A stretch of DNA of 64,000 nt from the human T2T-CHM13v2.0 reference genome, Homo sapiens. Shown here in pieces: positions 51,481-64,000 of this stretch. The stretch lies in NCBI RefSeq assembly GCF_009914755.1, contig NC_060934.1, one strand, 5' to 3'. Below the pieces are notes generated by a model. That model had not been told where the DNA came from. It ran no database searches and was given only the letters and a program-made list of their open reading frames with translations. The translations under genes were made by a program, and so were the position numbers. How positions within the stretch are numbered: the first letter of the stretch is position 1; each line of letters starts with the position of its first letter.

Positions 51481-54078
51481 CTTGTAAGCTTGCAGGTGTT
51501 ATAACAGTATTTCATTCCTGATTATGGCCCTACACTTCCACCTTACATCTCACACAGCACTTTGTAAGGCACATCACAGATGATCAGGTAGGACAAATAC
51601 CATGTCCCAAATAGAACCAAATGTATACCAATATAGTCGATGGGCCTATTATTACTCTAAATTAATAATAAAAAATATCATATAGTTATTCAAACTTCAC
51701 ATTGAATAACAGCTTTTTAATTTTGAAAAGAAGTGTTGTATAACAACTTTTGTTACATTAATATAATCAAAATACAGTGTAGTAGAGTTTTATTTTTAAA
51801 GAAGGATAATATGTAGAGACAATGATAAACTATTTTCAAAAGCAAATCATATGTGGCCATTATAAATGACAAGCACTATAAGGCTAGCTGCGGAATATTA
51901 GCATGTCATATGTGAGAAATGAATAAAATGATGTCATGGAGAATAGTATCGGAGCATTATTTACTTTATCACAAGTAAAGATAGTTAATAGGTTTGTTTT
52001 TACTAGTTTTAAAGTAGACCACTGATATTGAAATGTAAAAATTGTGTTCCATGTTAATGCAATACAAATAATTCTCACTAGAAAAAAAAATCCTAGAGTT
52101 GAATTTTCTTTTTTTTCATGGAGAAAGTTAACTGAACCAAAATTTCTGCCAGCAGAATTCAGTCTTACACATGTAGATGTGAAAGTGTGCATCTCCTCTC
52201 AACACAGCTTTCTTCAGTAATGACAGAATTTTTCCTAATAAAGAAAAATGTTTTTCAACATCCTGTAGAGTTCTCTTTACATAATATTTCAAAGTACCAA
52301 AAGACTCTTACAAACACTGTACTTTCCAATGATCACTAAAAAGGTCTCCAAATGCCACCATAGGAAAACTATTAAACAGGCAGTGATTATACGCCTAGAC
52401 TCATACAACACTGTAGGCCATTAAGGACAAACCATTTTCCAATGCATTTAAGAGTTATATTAAAATAAATTCATGTGAACTTTCTACTCTCCTCCTTCAA
52501 ATGTTTACAGACAAACATGTCGTATCATTTGTAAAATGGCCTGCCACATTTAGAAATTTGAATTAAATTTCTGTAATAATTTAGGTCCAGGAAAAAATGT
52601 ATAGTGATTTTCCCCTCAGCCAGTAGAGGACATAATGAAGGAAAAAATGCAGGAAGATGGCCAGAACACAAAGCAGCACTTGATATGCACAATATTTTAC
52701 AATCCAGTATTCTTAGACTGGGAATGCTTGATGTTTTTTCCAACATTGTGAATGGACTTATCACACCCAATAACATCCTTCATACCTTTGCACATCAATG
52801 AATTTGGTTATTTTCCTTCTGTCTTGGTTGTCCAATAGTGATTGCCTTAATTGATAGTGAATTAAAATTATCTGTGGAGCTTTAAAAAATATGTTCCTGA
52901 GTAACATACTGAGAAATTCTGACCCGTAATTCTATACTGAAACTTAGGAAATCCCAGATGATTATGACACCATATATCCAAAAGTAAGCATTTTGAAAGC
53001 ACTAAAACCTTCAACACTTATCAAAACACAGTGAATTGTCATCTGTAAATCAATTCAGTAATGAAAAAGAGTAATGTCACCATGTAATATCAATGATCTT
53101 CAAACTTTCTCTTTTGTTGACATTGTATTTATTACTCACATTTCCACTTTCAAGTCCTGTGACATATCTGCAAGCTGTATTCCAGTGCCATTAATTAATA
53201 TATCCTTTTTAGCCAATGATGTTAGATTTTTGGGCTATTAATAGATAAAGACTAACATGTAAATATAAATAAGGGAAATATAACATATAAATAAGGGAAA
53301 CAGGAAAATAAAGAGTAACTTTTGTTGCAAAAATTTCACAAATGCAAGTCAAATTTCACAATTTTATTTTAAGTATTAAGAAATATGCCTTCTTTGGTGA
53401 AAATTATTTTCAAAACAAATTCAATAATTCATTTAAGATACTCTGGGAAGGTTATTTAGAAATGTTCTGGAGACAAAAGAGAATATATATTTTAAAAATA
53501 ACTCAGGTGTTATCTAGGGAGTAACCTGAAAAATACTTTCACAGAACAAAGGTTAAGAAATTAATCTTCAGAAAGAAATTCAGGTAAAAGTACATGTCTA
53601 AAAAGACCTTTGAAAACTGGGAAGTTAACAACTTTTCACATCACTAAACATTTTATATAAACTTATTTTATTATAGCCAGATTAGAAACATACAGGCTAC
53701 AGTTTTCAAAACTAGATTAATGTGAAACCCTTGGATTTTTAGGAAAATTAGTCTGTTTTTCTACTATCACAGCAAACAAAACTTTGTCATCATAAGTGCT
53801 TAAGAATTAGCTGGAATAGCTAGAATGTATTTATCCAAAAGTTGTCTGTATTTAAACTTTTGAACATGATAGGACAATAAAAATTGTTTATGAATGATAA
53901 TAATATTTTTTCAGGTGTCTTAACTATAGTCTTTGAAAGAGTACAATTCCAAAATAGTATGATGTGAGGGCTGATGATAAGATGTTCCTGTTCCCAAATA
54001 GGCCTCTTAATCCACTTAGTACATAAATAGATTACATGAAGAGAGTACCACATGTTTGCCTTAAGACAAACATCTTAC

Positions 54079-54125
54079 CTGGTACATTTTAAAACTAAGT
54101 ATTTCAAGGAAATACCAGAGTAAAC
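54079..54125 (-). other. Candidate 47-nt exon (strongest splice-site pair seen)
   Basis: Minus strand: ctgctctcctctttccacAG|GTTTACTC...TGTACCAG|GTAAGA, in unique sequence. Confidence 0.5.
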
Positions 54126-54879
54126 CTGTGGAAAGAGGAGAGCAGCCTGTTTTTCCAAGAGGCCAATAACTGACACTTTTCAAATTTCTTGAATTTGGAT
54201 TCATTTTGGGGAGAATAGAAAAAAGAAAGTAGCATGGTTAGTAAAATAAGAAAAGAACCCAATATTATTAACAGTCATAACATTTGCTAGTAATAGAGAC
54301 TGCCCCAGTTTAAAATTGATTTTTCAATTAAAATATTAAATGTCGTTTTATGATTTTTTAGTCTGGGAGGCAAGTCAGGAGACTTTTATTAATAGTCATT
54401 AACTGACAAAGCTTCTACAGTTGTGCTTTTTATTTAATATAACACATTAACCACAGACATCCTTTGATTTTCTGTCATATTTTCAATTCTCTGTCTGTAC
54501 ACGTTGTCTCAAGAGTAGCAACATTTGTGAATTTATTTTACAATTCATGATTTTGTCAGCATTTTAAGGGCTTACTGTTCCAAGGGGACATTATAACAAA
54601 GCACTGAAGAACACAGAACTTCAGTTTAGCTGGAAATTTATATTGGAATACCATTGTTGTCCCTTATTTACTGATTTATACACTGTTCATCAGTGAAATT
54701 GAAATAAGATTAGCTATTTTATACAGTTATTATAAGGATGAATTCAATTAGTTTTGAAATATTGGAAATATATGTATTTGATATAAAAACTTGTATATAT
54801 TATTTTAAAAATATTTATTCATAATAGTTTAAAACTTTTGTTTAGCCTAATCTAACGTCATTTTCCAGAAAATAAATGT

Positions 54880-55090
54880 GAGGCATCATGTTCAGTAAAA
54901 TGTGTAGAATCAAACTGACTGTATAAACCCAGCTTTGTCACTTAGTTGAGAAATGTGTCGTACATCTATAAACTCCAGTGTCCACGTGGCATACCTGAGC
55001 ATACCAAGTCCTTGCTGAGATATGTAATTAAAAGATATGAAATCAATGCTCAGGAGTATGCAGGCACCCAAACAATAGTCATTAACTATT
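54880..55090 (+). mobile_element. MIR SINE fragment
   Basis: Contains 'aaacccagctttgtcacttag', 'gagatatgtaa' and 'caggcacccaaacaatag'. Confidence 0.55.
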
Positions 55091-55240
55091 TATGTGATAT
55101 TTAGAAGTTAAAATTGAAATGACTTTGTGAGAAATGATACGTGTGGGGAAAAGAGAAGGATGTATAAATTTTGGTTTACATAACTGGATAGACAGTGATG
55201 TCATTCACGGAAACATTGTGAAAGAGTCTGGTTTACAGAA

Positions 55241-58200
55241 TTCTGGGAAGATGATGGAAAAGCAAGCACTGGAAATCTCTTTACACATAAGTAATAATTA
55301 CACTGGCAAAATCTCTCTGATACAACTCTTTTGGAATTCTTGAATTTAGTGAAACTTACAAATTCCAGGAGAAAGCATGGATAATAAATTTTAGTTAATT
55401 TCAGCCGTTAGCTTAGGAGCAACTATCTATCCCCACCCTCAACCCCAAGACAGGGAGCTGTGCACGTATTTCTGCTGCAGCTTGCCTCTAGCTTGCAAAA
55501 ACTACCATGAGCAAAAAGGACCACATCCTTCGGTTATCAAGGATCTGTGCTGTCATGGTTGATTGCTGCTTCTGAGCACAATGGTAGAGACAAAAAGGTG
55601 GTAGCCATTGTTTTTGCACTCCCTTCTTTTCTAAAACCCACTCTTCCTGGCTAAGGTGACTTCCAGGAGATTTAAAAGGCTGTTTGTCCCCCTACATTTT
55701 TCCTTTACCCCTTTGAGAAGTCAAACATTAAAGAATAGTATATTTCCAGAGCAACTGCATACATGAGGGAAATTAGAAAGTTTCAGTGTATCATCAAGAA
55801 ATGGTGCAGGTTCATGAAATACTAATAAAAGTCTTTAAGTTTACAACTCAGGCCGATCTTCAGCACAGACACAGCCTGCAACAATATAAACAAAATAATA
55901 ACAAAAACAGCAAGCCCTGGGGAAGGGAGAAAATCTGATTTCAAGATTTACCATTTAATTAAATTCAGATGTCCAGTTTTCAACAAATAATCACGAGGCA
56001 CACACAGGAACAAGAAAGTATGGCTCATTTAAAGAAAACAGATAAAGCAAAATAGAGTCACCGAGAAAGACTTGATGGTAGATCTACTACATAAATACTT
56101 TAAAATAACCATTATAATGGTGTCCAAAAAACTAAAGGAAAGCATACAGAAAGTCAAGGAAACGATGAACAAAATGAAAATATCAATAGAGACAGAAAGG
56201 CTAAAAATGAACAAAAAAAATCAGGAGCTGAAAATTACCACTGAATGAAAATTCCATAACCTATCCCCCAGAGAATATATAAATTATTCTCATACATAAA
56301 CTAAGGTAGTTCATTAACCGCTATAAATGCTCAAGGAATCCTGCAGCTTAAAATAAAAGGACATTAGATAGTAACTCAAAGCTATATGAATAAGTATATA
56401 TCTCAGTAAAGGTAAACGCATGGACAATATAAAAGCTAGTATTATTGTAACATTGGTTTGTAACTTCATTTTTTATTTTCCACAGACTTCAAGAGACTAA
56501 TATATTAAACAATTATTAGTCTAAAGTTCCCATTATTATAACTTTGGTTTGTACATCTACATTTTGTTTTATACATAATAGAGAATACTAATATATTTAA
56601 AATGATTATGTTTTTGAATGCACAATGTATAGACATAATTTTGTGACATTAATAACTAAAAAAATGTGAATGAAGATGTTATAGGAGCTGAGTTTTTGTA
56701 TATTATTGAGCTTTTGCTAATATACATTCAAATTAGAGTATTATAATTTTAGAGTGTTGGCGGTTAATACTCATGGTACCCACAAAGAAAATAATTATAG
56801 AATATACATTAAAAAACGTATGAAAGGAATTTAAATTTTCACTACAAAATATAAATTCAATACTAAAAAAGCTACAAGGCATCTAGAAAATAAATAACAA
56901 AATGACAGTTACAGTTATCTTCTTATTAACAATTACTTTAATTTTAAATAGCAAAGCCCTTCAAACAAAAGACTGATACTGGCAGCATGGATTATGGCCA
57001 TGATCCAACTATATACTGTCTAAAAGAGACTCACTCTATATCTGAATACACAAACAGATTGAAAGTGAAAGGATAGAAAAAGACGCTCCATGTAAACAGT
57101 AACCATAAGAGTACTGGGGTGGTTATATTAATACCAGATAAAATAGACTTTAAATAACTGTTAAAAGGCTGCAAGAGTCAAAGGAGGACATAATATATTA
57201 ATAAAAGGTTCAATATTCCAAGAAGCTATAATAAATATCAACATGTACATAACAGACTATTAGAAGGAAATTTTGATATAAATGAAGGAAAAATAAATAG
57301 TTCTACAATAATAATTGAAGACTTCAAAATCTACCCTTAGTAATGGATAAACCAATCAGAAGATAAGTAAAGAAATAAATAACAATAGAGGACTTAAAAA
57401 ACACAATAAACCAACAAGATGTAAGAGATATTTACAGAATATTCTACCCCACAACAGAATATGCATTCTTCTCAAGTGCACATGGAATGTTTTCCAGGAC
57501 GGATTATGTGTTAGGCCACAAATTACATCTCAATAGGTTTAAAAGATATCATACAAAGTATCTTTGCCAACTACAACAAAATTAAGTTAGAAATTAGTAA
57601 CAAAAGAAAAAGTGGAAAAATCAAAAAATATGTGGAAATTAAACATGTATTTCTAAATTACCAATTGATCAAAGAAGAAATAACAGGGGAACTGTACAAG
57701 TATTTCGAAATAAATGAAAACTAAATCACAACATGCCAAAATTTATGAGACATAGAAAAAGCAGCGCTAAGAGAGAAATGTATAGCTATAAATGCTTACA
57801 TTTAAAAGTAAGAAATATTTTCTTTTAATTTAGAAAAAGACATATCTCAAATCAACCACTTTACAACTTAAACCAGAAAAACAAACTGAAGGCAAGAAGA
57901 AGAAAGAAGATAATAAAGACTAGAGCAGAGATAGACAAAATAGATGATAGAAAAACAATGAAACCAAAAGTTGGTTGTTTGAAAAGATCAACAACGTTAG
58001 TAAACTTTTAGCTAGACGGACTAAGAGAAAAAGAAGACTCAAATTACTACAATGAGAAATGAAAATGGTGACTTTGCTATCAATTCTACAGAAATAAAAT
58101 GGACTATAAGAGAGTACTATGAAAACTTGTATGCCTAGAAATCTAATTACATATGAAATGGAAAAATTCCTAGAGATATAAAACTTACCAACACTAAATA

Positions 58201-60997
58201 ATGATAAAATTAAAAATGTAAATAGACTGATACCTACTAAGGAGACTGAACCACTAATAAAATATCTCCTGACAACAAAAGCCCTGGACCTGATGGCATC
58301 ACCAGTGAATTCGATAAAACATTTAAAGAACTAGCATCAATCTTTTTCAAACTTTTCCAAAAATGCTGTCATGAGGGAACATTTCCAAAACTCATTCTAT
58401 AAGACATCATTACCCTAATACCATAGACGTATCCTTTATAAACACTGATGCAAAAATCCTCAAAAAATTTCTAGCAAAACAAGTTATTAAGCAGCAGATT
58501 AAAATGATTACAGACCGCAAGCAAAAGAGATTTATTAATATTAATGGAAATCAAAGATATTTCAACATACAAAAATTGTTAAATGTAATATACCATATTA
58601 ACAATGAAGGGTAAGAATCACATGGTTATCTCAATTGATGCATAAATAGCATTTGGCAAAATTTTATACCCTTTCGTGATTTAAAAAAAACACTCAACAA
58701 AGTAGAAATATAAGGAAACCACCTTAACCTAATAAAAAAATTCATATATAAAAGTCCCATATAAAACATCATAGTCAATCGTGAAAAACTTAAGAGTTTT
58801 CCCTCTGTGATAAGCAACAAGGCAAGGAAGTCTGAGCTTACTACTATTCAATATAGTACTAAAAGATCTGGCTAGAAAAAAATATGAAAGGAAAAGAAAA
58901 ATAAAAGGCATAAAATTGGAAAGGAAGAAGTCAAATTATCTTTGTTTACAGAGAATATAATCTTATTTATAGAAAACGCTGAAAATTCCACTAAAATAGT
59001 AGAACCAATAAATTAAGTCACCACATAAAAATCAAGTGCATATCTATACAATAACAAAGAATAATCCAAAAACAAAATTAATAAAATAATTTAATTTGCA
59101 ATAGCATCAAAAATATAAACTATTTTTATTTAACCAAGAAAATAAAAGACCTGTCTTATAAAAGCTACAAAACATTCCAAAAGAAATTAAAGAATATAAA
59201 AATGAATGGAAAGGCATCTCATATTCATGATTGGAAGACTTAACATTGTTATAATGTCAACACCACAGATTCAATGCAAATCTATAGACTTAACGCAATC
59301 CCTATCAAAATCCCAATGATGCCTTAAAGCAGAAATACAAAAAACTCATCCTAAAATTCATAGGAATTTCAAGAGACTCCAAATAGCTAAATTGATCCTA
59401 GAAAAGAACAAGCTAGAGCACTCAGACTCCTGATTTCCAAACTTACTATAAAGCTACAGTAATCAAAACATTGTGGTACTGGCATAAAGACAGACATATG
59501 GACCGGTGTAATAGGAAAGGTTGCCTAGAAGTAAAGTCTCACATGTATGGTCAAATGATTTTCAATTACGGTGTCAAGAGTATTCAATGGGGAAAAGGCA
59601 GTATTTTCAATAAATGTTGCAGGGAAAATTAGATATCCATATGCAAAATAATAAAGTTGGATCCTTACTTAACACCATATACAAAAATTTAGTCAAAATG
59701 GATCCATGACCTAAATGGAAGGCCTAAAACTATAAACTCTTACAAGAAAGATAAGTTTTAATACTTCAGATTTGGCAATATTTTTTAATAAGACACCTGA
59801 CATTCACAAAACAAAATTAAAAAGAGGCAAACGGGCTTCACAAAAAGTAAAAAAAAAAAAGAAGATGAAATAAAAATGCATGCATCAAAAGAAAATTATA
59901 ACTACAGTAAAAGGCAATTTACCTAATGGAAGAAAATATTTGCAGAACATATATCTAGTAAAGGATTAATATTCAGAATATACAGAGCACTCCTAAAGCT
60001 CAATAACAAAAAACAAGCAACCTGATTCAAAAATGGTCAAAATACTTGAATAGACATTTATCCAAAGAAGATATACAAATGGCAAATAAACACTTGAAAA
60101 CATGCTCAACATCACTAATCATTAGGAAAATGCAAATAAAAACTACAATGAGATTATTTTGTAGTTCATAAGCGCGATGACTGGGTGTTCACACACAGGT
60201 GCAAGTTGTGCCACCCTCGAAACTTGTTACACCGTTGGCACATTACCCATCAGACATGAAAAAAAAAACTACAATGAGATACCAGCCCATACCCATTTAG
60301 GATGGAAGCTATCAAAATAAAACAGAAAATAATAATTTGGTAAGAATGGAGAGAACATAAAACCCTTGTGCACTGTTAGTGGGAATAAATATAAAATGGT
60401 AAAACTGTTGTGAAAAATAATATGGTGAATCATCAAAAATTCAACATGAAATTACCATATGATTCTGCAATTCCATTTCTAGGTATGTACCCAATAGTTT
60501 CTTAAATATGTATTTTATACCCATGTTGTTAATAGCATTACTAATAATAGCTAAAATTTAGAAGCAACTCAAGAGTCTATCAAGAGTAGAACGGATAAGC
60601 AAAATGTGGTTTTTGTATACAACAGAATATTATTCAACCTTAAGAAGGGAGGAAATGCTAATATATGCTACAACATGTGTGAACCTTGAGGGCGTTATAT
60701 CAAGTAAAATAAGCCACTCACAGAGAGGCAAATACTCTATTATTCGACTTATATGAGGTACTCAGTGTAGTCAAAATCCTCAGAACAGACAGTGAAATAA
60801 TGGTTGCCAGGTGCTAATGGAGGGAAAATTTTTCAGTTTTAAAGATTGTAAGAGTTCTGGAGATTGACAATAATGACGACTGAACAATAATATAAATGTG
60901 ATTAATGATAATTACATTATGTGTATTTTTACCAAAATACAAAATTGGAGAATATAAACAAATAAGAATAAATAAATAAAAAAACAAATCAAACAAA
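55241..60997 (+). mobile_element. Near-full-length old L1 (L1MB-like, about 5.7 kb; 5' UTR, partly deleted ORF1, decayed ORF2, 3' UTR), inserted in an L2
   Basis: 5' 'ttctgggaagatg'. EN 'gatccaactatatactgtctaaaagagactcac'. RT 'gccctggacctgatggc'. 3' UTR 'cttatatgaggtac...gagttctggagat'. L2 sequence on both sides. Confidence 0.93.
60153..60263 (+). pseudogene. U13 snoRNA (SNORD13) retropseudogene
   Basis: 'ttttgtagttcataagcgcgatgactgggtgttca...gtgccaccctcgaaacttgttac...ggcacattaccc' follows U13. It has an A tail and TSD aaaaactacaatgagat (60138-60154 and 60264-60280). Confidence 0.93.
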
Positions 60998-63400
60998 AAC
61001 CCTGGCTTAAAAGAACAGAATTATGAGTTTGGCTTTGAACAAGCTAATTTGACATGTTATCGGGACTTCCAAAAGAGGATTCAAGTATCTAATGAAATAT
61101 AGTTAATTTAATGCCACTTATTGCTATTGTCATTCACAGATTCCACACTCAGAAGTTGGAACAGAAAATGTAATTTTTTGAGTCATCTGCACAGATCCTT
61201 GATCACTAGGGATGCTCTGGAGATAGAACAGCCTCACGTTATTCATCATTGAGCAAAGATACCCAGGTCTTAAAGCCATGTCCTCGCTGCATCTGTCACT
61301 GCATGCAGGATTCTGGGAGGGGTAACTTTGAGCAAGGCAGCTGTGTGATGCTAGTTGAAATCTCTGAGAGAGGGAATGGTGGAGAGAGTGGTGTTGCTGA
61401 GAGCGAAAGAATGTTTGCAGAAAGCACTCCCTAATGCTGGGACAACATGTCCTCCTTTGAAGAGGCAATAAGGCGACAAATCACTTTGTCCACAATTCTA
61501 GTTATGCATCACCACATCTACCGTACTCCCATGTAATATGTTTAACTTGGTCCCTCCTAAGCTACTAATGACCTGGATCTATAAGATATACATTTAAGAA
61601 TGACTACCATAAATATTCATTTAAAAGAAGTATATGGTTTATGGACCATGAAGATATTAAAATTACCTATGCAATAAGATGCTTCAGTACTTTCAAAAGT
61701 ATCAAACAAGATGTGATAGACCTTTACTGCAGATGGAAATGCAGCAAGATAAACCTTTAGCTTTCCAGGTCATATATAAGCATCTGTTATAAGTTCCCTA
61801 TATTTAGTGTTATGCTCATCCATACTCTGTCCACTTCTAGGACAACAAAGGGCAAAAAGTGTTCATTTATTCAGGTGTGGAAAGGTTAATTACTCAAAAA
61901 ATAAATTTTAAAAACAATCAAAACAAACAGAAATTTCCAAATTGTATCAAATACTCAGAGAACTCATCCTTGATTTTTCAAAGAATTTTCTAAAAAAAAA
62001 AACCAGAAACAATAATTTCAAATGAAACATCATGATGAGAATATCTTCAGAATATTTTACTCTGTTTCTAAGGAAATGTGGGTGAGTCCTACATTACTGA
62101 AAGTGGTCTTCGTTTTCTCCAAATATGCTATTTTCAGAAATAAGAAAACGTAAAGCTCAGTAAAACACTGTAATAAAAAGTATGATATTTAATGTAAACT
62201 CATTCAGAGTAATCGTGTGAACATGGTTCTATTTCTGTCTATGTCTATACATCATCACCCTAATGCCAGTAAATTTATTTTAAACTAAATATTGGTCTCC
62301 TGAGGCAGAGGTAATACAATAATAATAATTTAGAAAAAAATTTACATTTTAACACTGCCACTTTTTCATAATAGTGCTATTTTTCCCTACATAATGCAAA
62401 AACACAGACAAATCCAAAAAGCATATTTGTGCCTTAAATTGGGGCAAAATAGAGCTTTTTTTTCTCAAACATGGGATAGTAAGAAGAGCTTTCATCTTAA
62501 ATTCTTACAGTTAGTTGAATTGTTTACACCAACATTGCATTTTTATAAATAGCTTCTCTTTGTTTCTTAAAAATACTAGAATTTCATGTTGCATTTTTTG
62601 ACAGCTTTATCGTCTGTAATAGTCATGTTTAGAAAAGACCTGGCAGGTGAACAAATACAGCCAACAAGAAGTAGAAAGACAAACATTATTAAGAGGTTTT
62701 TGACAATTTTTACAGAGAAAAATATTTTATAAAAGACAACCCTGTTCACATTTTAGAGCTAGTCTTCATAAGTGTCTAATACAACACTGGATGATTGTAG
62801 GCATAGTTTTTCACTTAAGTATTAATAGAAATAATTTATTACTAAAATATTCATTTATTTTTAAATTTAAGTTAGAAAGAAGTTTGCTGCTTTCTGATAT
62901 GAAATTTTGAAGCTCAGGAACCAATTTTTTTTCTTTGAGAACACATCTCTGAAATTACAGTGTCAGTCAATGAGAAATATGGCTTGATATTCAAAGAGCA
63001 TAAAATCTGATTTATATATGACTTTTAAGAATGTCTTCTTGTATAAAGTAATATATATTTACTTATTCTATGAATGCAGTGATTTATACTATACTGCAGG
63101 ATTTACTATGAGATATTTATCATATCTTTGCCTATATACATAAAGGCAAAGTGGAAAATGTTTTCAAATGCTATTGATTTCCATCCAGACTTAATGAAAA
63201 GCCTGACCTTCTGAAAACAGACTTATTATCACTACTTCCTTATTAGCTGTTATACACTATTTCTTCTTTCAAGTGTTATCGTCTGTTTAGCTTGGCATTA
63301 GCAAAGGCAATAATCATTACTTTTAGTTGTTCCCCATGTTAAAACTTTTTTAAGGCCACTATCATAAAAGCAATATCAAAAGCAAAATTCCCTAAATATA

Positions 63401-63802
63401 GAATATAGTTTGGATGTTTTCTCCCCTCCAAATCTCATGTTGAACTGTGATCCCCAGGTCCGTTGAAGGTGGGTCCTGTTGGGAGGTGTTTGGATCATGG
63501 CAGGTGGCTCCCTCATGAATACCTTCGTGCCTTCCCTGCAGTAATGAGTTCATGTGAGAGTTGGTTTTTAAAGGGCCTGACACTTCACCACTCACTCTCT
63601 TGCTCTCTCTTTTGCCATGTGATGCACAGGCTCCCACTTTGCCTTTCACCATGATTGGAAGTTTCCTGAGGCCTCACCAGGAGCAGATACTGGCACTATA
63701 TTTCTTATACAGCCTGTAGAACTGTGAGCTAAATAAACCCCTTATCTTTATAAATTATGCAGTCTCAGGTATTCCTTACAGAAACTCAAATGGACTAACA
63801 CA
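63401..63802 (+). mobile_element. MSTB-like MaLR solo LTR
   Basis: Contains 'tttggatgt...ccaaatctcatgttg' and 'cctgaggcctcaccaggagcagat', and ends 'aatggactaacaca'. Near-TSD atata/atatt. Confidence 0.93.
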
Positions 63803-64000
63803 ATATTTTTAATGGAAAGAAATGTGAATGGCTTTATGAGCACATTAGTTCTCATACAAATACAAAACATATAGCTTAAATATGAAAAAAGTAATAAGTA
63901 AATATCATTATTAATAGGTAATAATTTAAGAATTCCACAGTGAAGAACTCCTTCATTACACATCAATGTGTACCATAGGAACCACAGATAAGGTGGCAAC

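Overview
This is AT-rich, CpG-poor primate (human-like) genomic DNA. I recognise no protein-coding gene. Nearly all ORFs in the track are explained by Alu, L1 or LTR sequence, simple repeats or chance. The only long genuine ORF (20834-21694, minus) is the C-terminus of L1 ORF2p in a young, 5'-truncated L1PA. A large part of the window is interspersed repeat, often nested: seven Alus, several L1s (one about 5.7 kb, L1MB-type), solo LTRs (THE1, MST, MLT1, MER39-, MER31-, LTR19- and LTR16-like), an ERVL pol remnant, DNA transposons (Charlie1, MER33, MER47, MER8) and MIR/L2 fragments. A U13 snoRNA retrocopy sits inside the L1MB. There is a 639-nt pure pyrimidine (GGAA-type) tract and two quasi-palindromic minisatellites. 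The best leads are: (1) a very recent 135-bp intra-Alu duplication giving a trimeric Alu; (2) a ~105-bp unique segment copied 2.5 kb downstream into a TA-rich tract; (3) a set of minus-strand exon-like segments and poly(A) sites suggesting a spliced, probably non-coding transcript, including an AG|GT recursive-splice-like exon. Repeat subfamily names come from recalled consensus sequences and need RepeatMasker/Dfam confirmation. All exon calls are motif-based only. I cannot support a claim of a new biological system here.
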